From Proteromonas lacertae (taxonomy: Eukaryota), in NCBI GenBank assembly GCA_002245135.1, contig NGBS01000335.1, positions 1 to 56,080 of the forward strand: a stretch of DNA of 56,080 nucleotides, given 5' to 3'. A model generated the notes under the pieces. It worked only from the letters and a program-made list of their open reading frames with translations. It made no database searches and was not told the origin of the DNA. This document shows, piece after piece, positions 37,801 to 50,578 of this stretch; within the stretch, counting starts at the first letter, position 1; the number at the start of each line of letters is the position of its first letter. The translations under genes and the position numbers were made by a program.

Positions 37801-40226
37801 AGATAATAATAATAATGCAGTTACTGATTCTCTTAAAAGAAAGTGGAAAGGAACAGATGTGGAGAAGGGGACAAAGAAAAGTAAGTATGATAATAATAGA
37901 TACGAAGCTTTTGCTCCTCTTCCTCCTTCTGATAATATTTCTAGTAAAATGGAAAGTGAAAGTGATGAAGATGATTATGAAAAGTATTTTTCTAGGAGTA
38001 ACTCTGCTAGTGTCTATCCTCCAAATAAGAAAATTAAAACTACTTACAATTTTCTTCAAACATTACAACTAAAACCACCACCATTCAAGAGAAATAGTAT
38101 ATAATAAATTTATATATAATAAAATAGGTTTTGATTATTTGCAATATATGTTTAGTAGTCAACAACCCCCAAAATTTATGTATAATGAAACGTTGATAAA
38201 GCTAGATGAGAGTATAAAAATATTTCAATATCCAATGAAAAAGATATTAGTAAGAGATTATTATCCACTCTTTTGGAAAAGAATAGAATATAATATAATT
38301 CTTAATTATTTTAATGTTTTTAATAATGATGAAGAAAAATTAAAAGAATTATTGAATTATTTAGATGTAGATGTTCATCCTTTAGATAATATTATAGAGG
38401 TTGTTAAAAGAGAGATTAAAAGATTAAAAAGAATTATCAAATTTGAACCTACTAATATGAATGCTAAAAGTTACTATTTATTGAGAGGTCAACCAGGATG
38501 TGGAAAATCCACCTTTTTAATTTATTTTATTTTAAAATTTATCCAAATGAAGAATAATTTGAAAGGTATTAATTTAGGTTTAACATATTATAAAAGTTCA
38601 AAGAAAGAAGATGGAAATTCAAATGGTTTTATTAGATATTGTTTGAATGGATATAATTTAAAAGAAGGTGGAAAAACTGAAGATATAGTAATATGTGATT
38701 CATATAATATTGACTATAAAACCATTCCAAACAGTAGTATAATTATTAATGTCAGTTCTCCAGATAATAAAAACTATTCTTATATGAAAGGATTTGAAAA
38801 TCATAATAAAGTCTATTTCTATTTAGATATTTGTAATGAAAAAGAGATAGATATATGGAAAGAAAATTGTTTACCTGCTGAATTAGGAAATGCAATTGAT
38901 GATAATCTTATTTTTTTATACAATCGAGTACCAAGACATTTATATTTTGCAGCAATATATAAGACATATTATGGAGATAGAAGTTATTGGAAAGATATTT
39001 ATACAAACTGTATTAAAACAACTGTGAATACCCTTGGTTATTATGATTTTATAAAGAAATATCTTTTTCCATGTGAAAGAGATAATGAAACAAAAAACTT
39101 GGAAAACGATATTGTGGTTGATATAGAGAAAGAAAAATTTATTGTTGATAGATTAGATACAGATTTGTCACATTATGTTGTAAAATACAAAGTATTAGAT
39201 TATGATTCAATTGATAGACTTCAATTAGAATACATCTCTAATGAAGTATTTAAATATCTATATTTATGTACAAGTCACAGATACACTGAAAAAGAATTTA
39301 AAAATATAATGGATTATTTTATATCTGTAATAAGAACAAATGAAAATCATCCACTATATAAACTATTATTCAGAGAATTGGTGTGGTATTCAATTACGAA
39401 TAATGTAGAGTGGGATAATAAAGTCATAAAGTTTAATAATATTCAGATGAATGTATTAGATAAATATTTCCGAAATACTACAACATCAATAGGATGTGGA
39501 GAAGGTTATTATATTGGTCAATTTGATATTGGTAAAAATTATGATATTTGTTATATTGTTAATAATGTTGTTGTACTTCCATTTTCGCATGATGTAAATA
39601 AAATAATGAATGATAAAGAATTTATAAAGTATTTTGAGGATTATTCAAAAGATATTAATTGTCATATATATCCAGTAATAATTAAAATTGAAGATATACA
39701 GAATGGTAAGCAGTATGTAAATGATAATGAGTATGTTAAATTAACTGTACAACTGCCTAAACAACATGTAATAGATCAATCATTTAACTTTCTTTACACT
39801 ATTGAAGGGTTTAAAGAATGGATTGATACTTATGAAAGAAGTGTTATAGACAATATTATAGATCAAAATAATGATTTAAGACAAATTATTTATTGTTTGT
39901 TAAGTTTATATTGTACAGAATCATGTGAATCGTTTTGTTTGGCTCATTATCAATCTAATAAAGAGAAATTCGTGGATGAAATTACCCATAATTTATACGA
40001 TATGAATGTATTACCAGCTTATATATTGGTTATAATTTATAAAGAAGAAGGTGATTATATAGAAAGATATGTAAATTTTAAAGGTAAGTTGCAATATAGT
40101 CTATTTGGATATATTAAAAATACTGAAAAAGGTTATGTAATTATAAATAATTTTGGTAAAGAAGTAAAACAGATTAAAGATGAAAAAATATATATGCTAT
40201 TATATAAATATGAAGAATCAAACTGA
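34820..40226 (+). CDS. Crinkler/RHS-type effector-like gene: P-loop NTPase, PD-(D/E)xK-like nuclease, linker, second NTPase; two lesions
   Basis: Walker A VYGNSGIGKT and LRGQPGCGKST; Walker B IIICDD and IVICDS; GGIPG; SNFPCVDAI..GIQVTVSDQH. Introns 36012-36046 and 38097-38127 fuse ORFs 35685, 36062 and 38139 in frame; frameshift near 35180 and in-frame TAG at 35652-35654. Confidence 0.75.
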
Positions 40227-40390
40227 AATTGATATTGAAGTTGTTGAGGATTATTACTTATTATTATTAAAATGTTTAGAGTAATACTTATAATATATTA
40301 CTCATATACTTCTTTTGTTGGGATTCTTTTGTTTAGAGCCATATCCTCCTTTCTGTCCTTTCTTCTCTCGTCTCACCTGTACGTAAATCT

Positions 40391-40738
40391 AATATAGTAA
40401 GAACAGTTGCATTTATTACAGCTCCAAAGAATTATCGAAATACAATAATCTCAATTACATCGAATATCTTAAAATCTGATGCTTTTGAAAATGATTTACA
40501 TTCTTCTTCTCCTGATATAGCTTATTCCTCTGTAATTGTCAGACAAACTGATATTTATGAATAACCACAAACCAGATCAGCTGCTAGTAAGACTGGAGAA
40601 GCAATTGGCATTTCTTTTGGTGTAGTTATTGGTACTTTGATTATTATTAGTTTAGTTGGTTATACAATAATCAACAGAAGAGAACTTGTTGTAAAGACAT
40701 CTCACCAAGAAAGATCTTCATTAAAAGCAACTGATTAA
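40391..40738 (+). pseudogene. Duplicated 3' end (TM helix and tail) of the surface-protein gene at 46003-47160
   Basis: ..DIYE*PQTRSAASKTGEAIGISFGVVIGTLIIISLVGY..SLKATD*. Confidence 0.8.
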
Positions 40739-41000
40739 AAGTTGTTTGGTTATTGGACTATCTGGCTATAAATTTGCCATTTAGAGAAATTATGTGTGTT
40801 GAATTAGGTTTAATATTAATCATGAGAGTAAAATTAAGATAAATCTTTCTATGAATTGATTCTAATCTTTTCTTTAATAAATCTACACAAATTAATTTTC
40901 GATTGAGTTTGATTCTATTTGTTTGTGTTATTTTATTGTTTCTATACCTCCTAAACATCATAATAAAAAGAAAGAAAAAAGAAATAAACAAAAAGAATAA

Positions 41001-41120
41001 AAAGAATCGTTACTATGACTTCGCACAGAGTCCCCCACTGTACTACTATCATAGCTCGTACAATCTTAACTTCGCAGTTCTGATGGGATGCGGTGCTTTA
41101 TTGTAGATATGAACGATTCT
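41001..41120 (-). rRNA. 5S rRNA gene (copy 1)
   Basis: Reverse complement of 45621-45740. Confidence 0.92.
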
Positions 41121-41310
41121 GATTATTTTTTCACTCTTTTTCTTATATATCACTCTCTCTTTTATATTTTCTTATAAACAATTAATGTCATTCTAATAAT
41201 GTTATATTAAAAGAAAATATACTATATATCAATTTATTCATGTTATTATATCATTATCTATGCTTAATGATGATTTAAAGAGAAAAAATGAAAAATGATG
41301 AAAGAAACGG

Positions 41311-43793
41311 CACTATAAAAAATAATTCGCATTGAATTTTATTTTGCATATAGGATTACAATACTTGGCTCAGATCTGGTTTGTCAATATTTGACTTTTA
41401 TACCTTTTTCTTTTGTTTTTTTCATTATGTTAGAGATTAAATTAAGATAAGATTTTTTGTATATCTAGTGATCTCATATTCTGCTTTATATATAGCTATA
41501 AAACAAAGAATTCTATTTTTTGATGTATTTTTGAATGAAGTGAAATATAAATACTAACTATATAAATTTAAAGTACAGTACATACTAAGTTAAATTATAC
41601 CATAAAATAAAAGCTGCACTTGCAGTCTAAAAAAATATGAACAAATTTCTCAAGTCCTTAAATTTTTACTATTTTATATATATATTTCTAAACAACAAAC
41701 AAAATTAAAGGTATGGTAATATTTTTATCGCTTAACCATCATATAACTTAGAATGGATTTTGAGAAGTGGTAAATAATTTTATTAAACTTATAATATTAA
41801 TTGGTCTAAGCCAATACAATATATTGAATCTGTTATATATGCTGTGTATGTGTATTATAATAAATATGTTCAAATACTGAATAAGCATCTATATTACAAC
41901 TATTTATATGTTATATCTACTTTACATAGTTTAATTTATACAAAATAACGAGTGAATAGATTGAACTAATTGAGTAAATTGAAAAAAATAAATCGGTAAA
42001 ATATATTCTTTACATTGTCAATGTAATAACAAACGTAATTGAATTTATTTAATTGATATTTTGATTAGTATTTTACTAAGATAATGAAGATAGTAAAGAG
42101 GAAGATAATGAAGATAGTAAAGAGGAAGAGGATGAAGATAGTGAAGTGGAAGATAATGAAGATAGTGAAGAGGAAGAGGATGAAAATGCAAGTAATAACG
42201 AGTATAGATTAATGTCATATTTATACAAATTCTTTATAAAGAATTATATTTCTAATGTCAATTCATCAATTCTATTAAAAGAATTATCTAGTATTCATCT
42301 TATAAGCTGTAGAACTTTCAAATCATTAAAGAGTAAAGTAATTAAAGATAATATTTTGCCAAATCCAGATAAGGATAATTATCTTAGCATTAAAGAAAGT
42401 CTAGTTTATTTATTGACAAATATAAAAGAAATTCCAATAATTAGTTCATCAATTGAAAAATGTAATAACTATATAAACATAAACAGAATAGACAAAATAT
42501 AGTAATAAGCCTTGATGGAGTAGAAAATAGTCCATTTAGTACAAATAATAATGGTGTTTATGTGTTTTCATACAAAATTCTCAATTTTTATTGTAGTAAT
42601 ATGATTCAGGTTATTACTGTAACTAATGTAAGTGAAAAAATAAACAAAATATGCAAAGAACTCAATGACTTATTTTAAGATGGAATTAAGATTGATAGTG
42701 AGTTTTATAATGTGTATTGTATTTAGTTTATTGGAGATATGCCTGGAGTGATAAAGTTAATGAATTATCATGACTTTGTATCTTCCAAGCATTACTGCCG
42801 ATCATGTAATAGTTATGTAAGGAAAATAGGTGGGAAGAAAGTAAGACATAGTGTTAGAGGAATGAAAAATATTAAAGATTATGATCAGTATTATAACTAT
42901 CAAGGTTAAAGAGCTATCAATTCACATTTATAAGTATAATATTTAATATAATTTATAAATATTATAGTGAATACTATTTTTGTATCACTAAATTCATGAA
43001 ATATGAAGATATTTAATAGAGTTCTATCATTACTAAAGTATATGATTATGATTCTATAAAATAGATTACCTTATGCTGGTTCTGCATTAGAAATGACATT
43101 TTTATAAAGTATATATTATTAATTTATATATTCAATAGGTTGTATAGTAATTTTTAGAGAAATTTAAGAATCAATAATAATTTAGAACAGTTATTTAATT
43201 TTTTTATTATATTTATGATGTTTATATATGCTGTTAAATAGTGTAATACAGCTACTAAGGTGGGAGCAAGTAAATATAAAAAAAGCTAATATCTTCATAT
43301 CTACAGGGAATTGAGGGAAAATAACTTGATAACTGATCCATATATGAATACTTTTTACGATCTGCACATAATATCGCCTAACAAGCCAAATTTACTCATC
43401 AAAATTAATTTCTCTCAATCCAAAAATGGCCTATACCACAACCCTTTAAATTAGTGTCCGATGCCAACAAAAAAAAATCAATGGTTTTAAGTTCCTAAAT
43501 AAGGAATACGTTGTATTAAGGTTAAAACACTTCAAACTGTATTTAATTTTTTTAACCTTAGAAAGAAAATCAAAAGATTTTGTTTATGTTATGTTAGTAG
43601 CTATGACTATATATATATAAATATGCAATAAAGAGATAAGATACCTAAATTAGGTAATTTAGAAACTAACTACACTATCATATATTCTAACATATAATTC
43701 ATGTTATGGTAAAATTTTACTTTTTAATTCCTTATGGTTATTGAGAAAAAATACAAAAAATACAAAAAATACACTTAGAAAATTTTTATAGTG
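41311..43793 (+). mobile_element. CACTA/EnSpm (CMC) DNA transposon, 2483 bp, defective
   Basis: Termini CACTATAAAAA (41311-41321) and TTTTTATAGTG (43783-43793), both flanked by gg (2-bp TSD); internal transposase remnant; absent from the sister palindrome arm. Confidence 0.88.
42081..42910 (+). pseudogene. EnSpm/CACTA transposase remnant
   Basis: Acidic repeats, ORF 42146-42502, then ISLDGVENSPFS..KELNDLF*DGIKI..CI*FIGDMPGVIKLMNYHDFVSSKHYCRSC (DG, GDxP and CxxC pattern). Confidence 0.8.
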
Positions 43794-43818
43794 GGCTAAA
43801 TATTTATAAATATAAAAC

Positions 43819-44435
43819 TATTTTTGTGAAATTGATGTGTAAATGATATATTGTGGTGAATATAAGTGTATGATGCTGAAGTATGATAATAATTTTATTT
43901 ATATAGATAAAATAAATGAGGAAATAACTGGATTGCACATCCTTTTCAGAATGGAACAACCTGATGGTGTTATAAAGATGTAGAAAATAGTTTAAATTTA
44001 AAAATGATGTGATTGAGCATAATTGTGATGATTTGTATAAATTGTGAATTTGTGTAAGATAAAATGAGTTTAAAGAAATAAAGATGTGATATTTGATTAA
44101 TTTGAATGTTATTATTCCGATTATTTATATGATGATGTAAGATAAGTGAATATAGAAAAAGTGATTAACAATAGTCTTGATTTGAAAGTTTCAAATATCT
44201 TAATATCTAAGAAGATGTAGTAGATTATTTGAGGATGATATTATCTCTAGATTTGTATATATTGAAAAATAAAAGTTATTATTTGATGAATTATTATTGT
44301 GATATTTTTATGTGAAATAGAAGTGTGATAATTTTGTATTTAAATGAAATACTCAATTGAAAGATTAATAGAAATGGTTATTGTTAATATTATAATATGA
44401 TTTTATGTTTTATGATGATGGTTAAAAAGGAGGAG
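43819..44435. repeat. Left arm of the large inverted duplication, inner part
   Basis: Near-identical reverse complement of 44835-45451. Confidence 0.95.
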
Positions 44436-44834
44436 GAAGAAAAAAATAGTATGAAGATAATTGAATTACATATTTTAAACAATTAATTAAATAAAACTCT
44501 ATTAAACCTTCATTGTATATTTGTTAGTATTGTTTTCTTGTGTGTAAGATGTAAAAATATTGTAATAGAAGAATAATGAAAGATTAATTGTTTCTATACA
44601 AATATACAACACACATAAAATATTAATAATATAAAATAAATAAATTATAATAATGAATAAAACTTTTCTCTCATCATTCTCTATCATAAATATAAAATAT
44701 TCCAATCATAATCCAATTTCCATATATATACTAATCACTTACATAACTTATATTAAATATTATTCAAACTAATTTCAATGGCAATTCTGTAAGGATTATT
44801 TATATCAACTACTTCTTTCATTCTATTCTTCTTT

Positions 44835-46350
44835 CTCCTCCTTTTTAACCATCATCATAAAACATAAAATCATATTATAATATTAACAATAACCATTTCT
44901 ATTAATCTTTCAATTGAGTATTTCATTTAAATACAAAATTATCACACTTCTATTTCACATAAAAATATCACAATAATAATTCATCAAATAATAACTTTTA
45001 TTTTTCAATATATACAAATCTAGAGATAATATCATCCTCAAATAATCTACTACATCTTCTTAGATATTAAGATATTTGAAACTTTCAAATCAAGACTATT
45101 GTTAATCACTTTTTCTATATTCACTTATCTTACATCATCATATAAATAATCGGAATAATAACATTCAAATTAATCAAATATCACATCTTTATTTCTTTAA
45201 ACTCATTTTATCTTACACAAATTCACAATTTATACAAATCATCACAATTATGCTCAATCACATCATTTTTAAATTTAAACTATTTTCTACATCTTTATAA
45301 CACCATCAGGTTGTTCCATTCTGAAAAGGATGTGCAATCCAGTTATTTCCTCATTTATTTTATCTATATAAATAAAATTGTCATCATATTTCAGTATTAT
45401 ACACTTATATTCACCACAATACATCATTTACACATCAATTTCACAAAAATACTTCTTTCTCTTTAAATCACCATTAAGCATAGATAATGATATAATAACA
45501 TGAATAAATTGATATATAGTATATTTTCTTTTAATATAACATTATTAGAATGACATTAATTGTTTATAAGAAAATATAAAAGAGAGAGTGATATATAAGA
45601 AAAAGAGTGAAAAAATAATCAGAATCGTTCATATCTACAATAAAGCACCGCATCCCATCAGAACTGCGAAGTTAAGATTGTACGAGCTATGATAGTAGTA
45701 CAGTGGGGGACTCTGTGCGAAGTCATAGTAACGATTCTTTTTATTCTTTTTGTTTATTTCTTTTTTCTTTCTTTTTATTATGATGTTTAGGAGGTATAGA
45801 AACAATAAAATAACACAAACAAATAGAATCAAACTCAATCGAAAATTAATTTGTGTAGATTTATTAAAGAAAAGATTAGAATCAATTCATAGAAAGATTT
45901 ATCTTAATTTTACTCTCATGATTAATATTAAACCTAATTCAACACACATAATTTCTCTAAATGGCAAATTTATAGCCAGATAGTCCAATAACCAAACAAC
46001 TTTTAATCAGTTGCTTTTAATGAAGATCTTTCTTGATGAGATGTCTTTACAACAAGTTCTCTTCTGTTGATTATTGCATAACCAACTAAACTAATAATAA
46101 TCAAAGTACCAATAACTACACCAAAAGAAATGCCAATTGCTTCTCCAGTCTTACTAGCAGCTGATCTGGTTTGTGGTTATTCATAAATATCAGTTTGTCT
46201 TACAATAACAGACGAATAAGCTATATCAGGAGAAGAAGAATGTAAATCATTTTCAAAAGCATCAGATTTTAAGATATTCGATGTAATTGAGATTATTGTA
46301 TTTCGATAATTCTTTGGAGCTGTAATAAATGCAATTGTTCTTACTAAATT
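44835..46350. repeat. Right, uninterrupted arm (~1.5 kb) of the inverted duplication
   Basis: Matches 43819-44435 and then 40391-41285 in reverse complement; about 400-bp unique spacer at 44436-44834. Confidence 0.95.
45621..45740 (+). rRNA. 5S rRNA gene (copy 2)
   Basis: 120 nt; terminal helix agaatcgtt/aacgattct; CCGCATCCCATCAGAACTGCGAAGTTAAG (loop C and box A); AGTAGTACAGTGGGGGAC (box C); followed by T-runs typical of Pol III termination. Confidence 0.92.
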
Positions 46351-47160
46351 TGATGTCATATCCATATTATCTTTATCCCAATCTAATCTCACATTCGTTC
46401 TATCAACATCAAATGAAACTGCACTTCTTAAATGAGTTATTAATAGATTTCTAATTATCACAAATGCTTGAGGATTTACTGCTTGACCAGATACACCAGT
46501 TGTATAATCGATTTCTATCTTGACAATTATTCTTCCATTTACTAATGGAGGATCTTCTACATATTCTCTACAATCTGTATCATCTACAGATTGCCATTGT
46601 GGATTTAAGTAATTATCACCTCTATATTGTCTTTGAAGAATACCTGTCTTTCCATCTTTACATAATATATAAGCAGAAGTTGCTGGCCATTCGCCATTAG
46701 CTGGACATGTATTGGAAATGATTTGAAGATAAACATTTGTGTAATAAATTCCATTAAGATTCCTTTATAATGTTTCTTTCATTAATTCAGATGGTCTTCC
46801 ACTGAATTTACCTTCACTGAATGTTATACCAGCTGGTAAAGTAGGATAATCAGGTAAAATTCATTCTAATACATTATATTTAATATTTGGTGTTAAATCT
46901 TCTTCTCCCCAAACTGGTTTAGAATCTAATACTGTACATGTTCTATAGGAATAACCCATATAACCTTCACTACAAGCTATTTGACCTCTTTCACCTACAT
47001 TCGTTGCTGGATAACCATTTTCTGCACTACATGTTGATGCAATTACTTCCAATTGGATTGTATATGTCTTTGTTGTTTGATCTCTTGCAACTATACCAGT
47101 TATTGTGTAAGTCATTAATTTTCTTGTTACTGAAGGAGTTCCTGTTATTGTACCAATCTT
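46003..47160 (-). pseudogene. 3' portion of an Ig-like/Cys-rich type I membrane surface protein, degraded
   Basis: ITGTPS..CSAENGYPATNVGE..CSEGYMG..RTC, LPAGITF..FSGRP and a C-terminal TM helix; several stops and frameshifts. Confidence 0.8.
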
Positions 47161-47326
47161 ATTTACATATAAACAATACCTTTTAACACTATTACTAAGT
47201 ACTTATTCATTCACATAAATCATTTACACAAACATCTCATATCACATATAATTCATCATTTTATATTTCTTTCATTGGTTTCTCACACTCTCACTATTCT
47301 TTTCTTTCTAACAGTCTCTACATGCT

Positions 47327-47906
47327 CATATCATTTCATCCAACATTCTATTATTATATACATCAAAAACTACATACACTTATTTTCATTATTCAATAGA
47401 TTGAAAATCAGAAAATTCTAAAAATTTCATCAAGCCTAATGATTATTCAAACCCAATAAACAAAGAAATGCTATTTTTGTGATTACTATGAAGTATAATG
47501 GTGAAATGATGTGTATTTCGATGATGATGATAATGATGAAATATGTGACTATGTATAGAATAGATGATAATATTTGGTATAATATTAGTATTACATAAAA
47601 TGAAAGATAAAAAAGTATAATCTAATGTTTAATGTTTAATTGTAGTATAGTGATTCAAAATTGTATATAAGTTGTATTTGAACAGTTTAAAATCTGTGTA
47701 TGATAAAATGAATATGATGTGAGTGTGAATGTGATGAATATATGATTGTGTGGAGTAATAAAAGTGAAAATAAGAATATATTCGAGAAAATTCTGAGAAA
47801 AGAATCAAGCCAAATATATTATAAGAATATTTTATTTATAAAAATCAAGATGAATAAAATGTATGTTGAAATATAGTGAAAAAAATGATATAGAATTGTA
47901 TATGAT
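47327..47906. repeat. Left copy of a ~600-bp diverged inverted repeat
   Basis: Reverse complement of about 50579-51196, with substitutions and small indels. Confidence 0.9.
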
Positions 47907-48072
47907 AAATTTACATTAATAGTATTTTGAAGTTGCTTATTATTTAAATGTAGAGAGTATGAATATTAATGAAATAAATTCTTTAGAAATAGATAGAATA
48001 ATTTATTTTGAAAAATGAAATGTGAAAAATGTGTTAATAATAAATATATGAATAAAAGAGTTGTATGAGTAA

Positions 48073-49181
48073 ATGTCTAGATATTATTGTTTGTTCATTT
48101 ATTTATTCCAATTTTACATATATTAAAAACAATAAAGTCAAATAATAGAAAATATACAATTGCTGATAAAAAGAACAACCCTTACAATACACCTCCAATA
48201 TATTTTTCAATTTATTCTGAAAAACATAAAGAATGGGTAAAAGGTTTATTAAATAATACAAAAAGTCGAAGTTTAGTGTATTATCAACATCCAAGTGGTG
48301 GAATGGGAAATAAATTACGAACTCTTGTTGGAGTAACATTTTTGGCAATGATGAGTGATAGAGCAATATTGTTACAGAATTGGAATACTTTTGATTCATA
48401 TTTCTCAACTCCACTTTCAACAATTCATGTTCCTAGTGTTATTAATAATGGTAGAAGATATTTTGATTATATAACCTGTTTTAATGAAAATCAACTTAAA
48501 GAAATATCAACAATAAATGATGATCATTTGAAATTTTTAACATGTTGTGATTTGACTGAATCATTTATAAAATATGGTAATTTTGGTAATAAACTCAAGA
48601 ATTCTGGATTAATAACTGAAAGATCAAAGAATATTATTTATAAACAAGCAACTGAAATAAGACATTCTTTATATAAATTCTTCTTCAAACTATCAAAATT
48701 GGTCGAAAATGAAATAATGAAAATAACAAATAAATTCTCAAAGAATAAATTATTGATAGGATTTCATTTTAGAACAAATCACAAAGGATGGAATGATAGA
48801 GGAGTGACATTTTTAAATAATCACCAAATAGAAGAAGCAATTCAAAATGCCACAAAAATATCAAAGAAATTGAAAAATGTAGAATGGTATATTTCAAGTG
48901 ATGATAATGAGATATTAATGAAATATAAATCAAAATATGCTGAATATATTGTTAATGATATTCATGAGAAAGTTCATTCCAGAGGATCTGCTTCAAGAGT
49001 AACAGATGGATTTATATATTCTGTTGTTGAAGTTCATATATTATCAGAATGTAAAATATTGTTTTTAACATCATCTAGTTCATTTAGTGGAATTGCTTAT
49101 TATAAATCTAAATTATCTATATATGAATTTTTAGATAAGAAAGAAATTATTTGTAAAGTTTGTAGAATTATATGGATGTAA
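48073..49181 (+). CDS. Fucosyltransferase of the alpha-1,2/alpha-1,6/O-FucT superfamily (GT37/GT23-like)
   Basis: GGMGNKLRTLVGVTFLAMMSDRAILL; motif I IGFHFR; motif II YISSDD; motif III VEVHILSEC..TSSSSFS. ATG 48073 starts a hydrophobic leader that is out of frame with ORF 48087-49181. Confidence 0.8.
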
Positions 49182-49398
49182 TTAATGTTTATTATTTCAT
49201 CATTCCAAAACAAATTTGTCCTTATAGAGTAGTGTGTGAAATAGTTGAAAATAATAATAAAAATTCAATAAGTAATATGTTGAATTACTGTCGACCTAAA
49301 TATTGATGTGAATCTAGAACCATAACAAAGATGGTTATGATAAAGATTTTCAGTTTACAATTATTTATCTATTATATTATACAAAACACAATTTTGCT

Positions 49399-49662
49399 GT
49401 GACATATTTCACAGGTCATAATGCTAGTAGTATAATTAAATCAGCTATAAAGGCTTTGAAAGACTATCCATTCTCATTAAGAAAAACAGCTGGTGTGGCA
49501 GTATATGCTAAAAAACATAGAAACAAAAACAAGATAATAGAATTAATAAATAATTACTTGAATGTTGATAAATATGGCTCAGCATTCAATAATCCATATC
49601 CAAAAGATAAAATTGATTTGCTTAAAAAATATAAATTTTGTATAGCAATAGAAAAATTATGA
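49399..49662 (+). pseudogene. GT10 alpha-1,3/4-fucosyltransferase fragment
   Basis: VDKYGSAFNN..KIDLLKKYKFCIAIE, truncated at the YKF..EN motif. Confidence 0.7.
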
Positions 49663-49905
49663 TGAAGTATAAAGTTACAATTAAAAATAATGGTAAAATA
49701 TAAAGAGTGTGTATATTGGACAAAATAATATAGTAAAAAATGGTATAATTGATTAAAATTTGATAAAGATGATAATATAATTAAAATTAAAAATAATTTA
49801 TTTGATTATTTAATTTTATAAAATTAATTCAAAATCAAGAAATTTCTAGAAAACAATCAAACCAAGTTAACTATAAAAATAATTTATCAAAATCAAGCTG
49901 AAATA

Positions 49906-50337
49906 ATGAGGATAAACATCCTTTTATTTTCTTAATAATTTACAATCAAAATGAATCTTTATATAGAATATTATTCAATGAATTAGAAAGGTATAGAATA
50001 ATTCACAATAAAAATTGGTTAGGTGAGGGAATATTAGAATTTGATAATGGTATAAAAGACATTTTATAGCTTTAACAGCAATTTTTTTAAATCAAAAGCA
50101 TTAAAAGAAGATTATTATGTTGGTGAATTTACCATTACTAATGATGATATTTATTATTCAGTTAATAATGTAATAATACATCCATCAAATAACAACAATA
50201 GAAATGAAATAATTGATGAAAATATTTATGATAGATTGATGAAATATCGTGATGAAATTGGTGGTATAGAAATATATTATTTGATAGCAACAAATGATGA
50301 AGTAGAAAAGAAAATCATATTTTATCTAAAGAATTAA
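49906..50337 (+). pseudogene. Frameshifted gene fragment with a signal-like N-terminus
   Basis: MRINILFIFLIIY..; after a frameshift ..IYYLIATNDEVEKKII..; no firm family assignment. Confidence 0.35.
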
Positions 50338-50578
50338 ATTAAATTCTTTAAATCCCATCACAGAAATCACACAAACAACTTTGATCATCACATAAATCTA
50401 ACATAACAGTTAGAAATTTGTCAAACAATATCATCTATACTATACGTATTTAAATTTCATATTATTATCATCTAAATACATTTCATTTCAGCAATATAGT
50501 TCATAATAACCACAAATAAAACATTTCTTTATTTCTTGGCTTGAGATATATTTGGGATTGAATTTTCATTATAATTTC

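Larger units (their letters stand above)
40391..41285. repeat. Left arm of the large inverted duplication, outer part
   Basis: Near-identical reverse complement of 45456-46350; the ORF track shows identical translations on opposite strands. Confidence 0.95.

Noticed and set aside
12326..38072. Short antisense or alternate-frame ORFs inside long genes (e.g. 14437-14757, 24560-24991, 30684-31067, 31908-32312, 37728-38072)
   Set aside because: Low-complexity shadows of AT-rich coding sequence with no motifs.
40736..40752. Blastocystis-style polyadenylation-created stop codon (TGTTTGTT signal)
   Set aside because: A similar tgtttggt follows the stop here, but the TAA is genomically encoded and other gene ends in the window lack the motif.
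40758..41106. ORFs 40758-40991 and 40903-41106 and their mirrors 45635-45838 and 45750-45983
   Set aside because: Shadow ORFs over the 5S gene and its flank; their identity comes from the DNA duplication.
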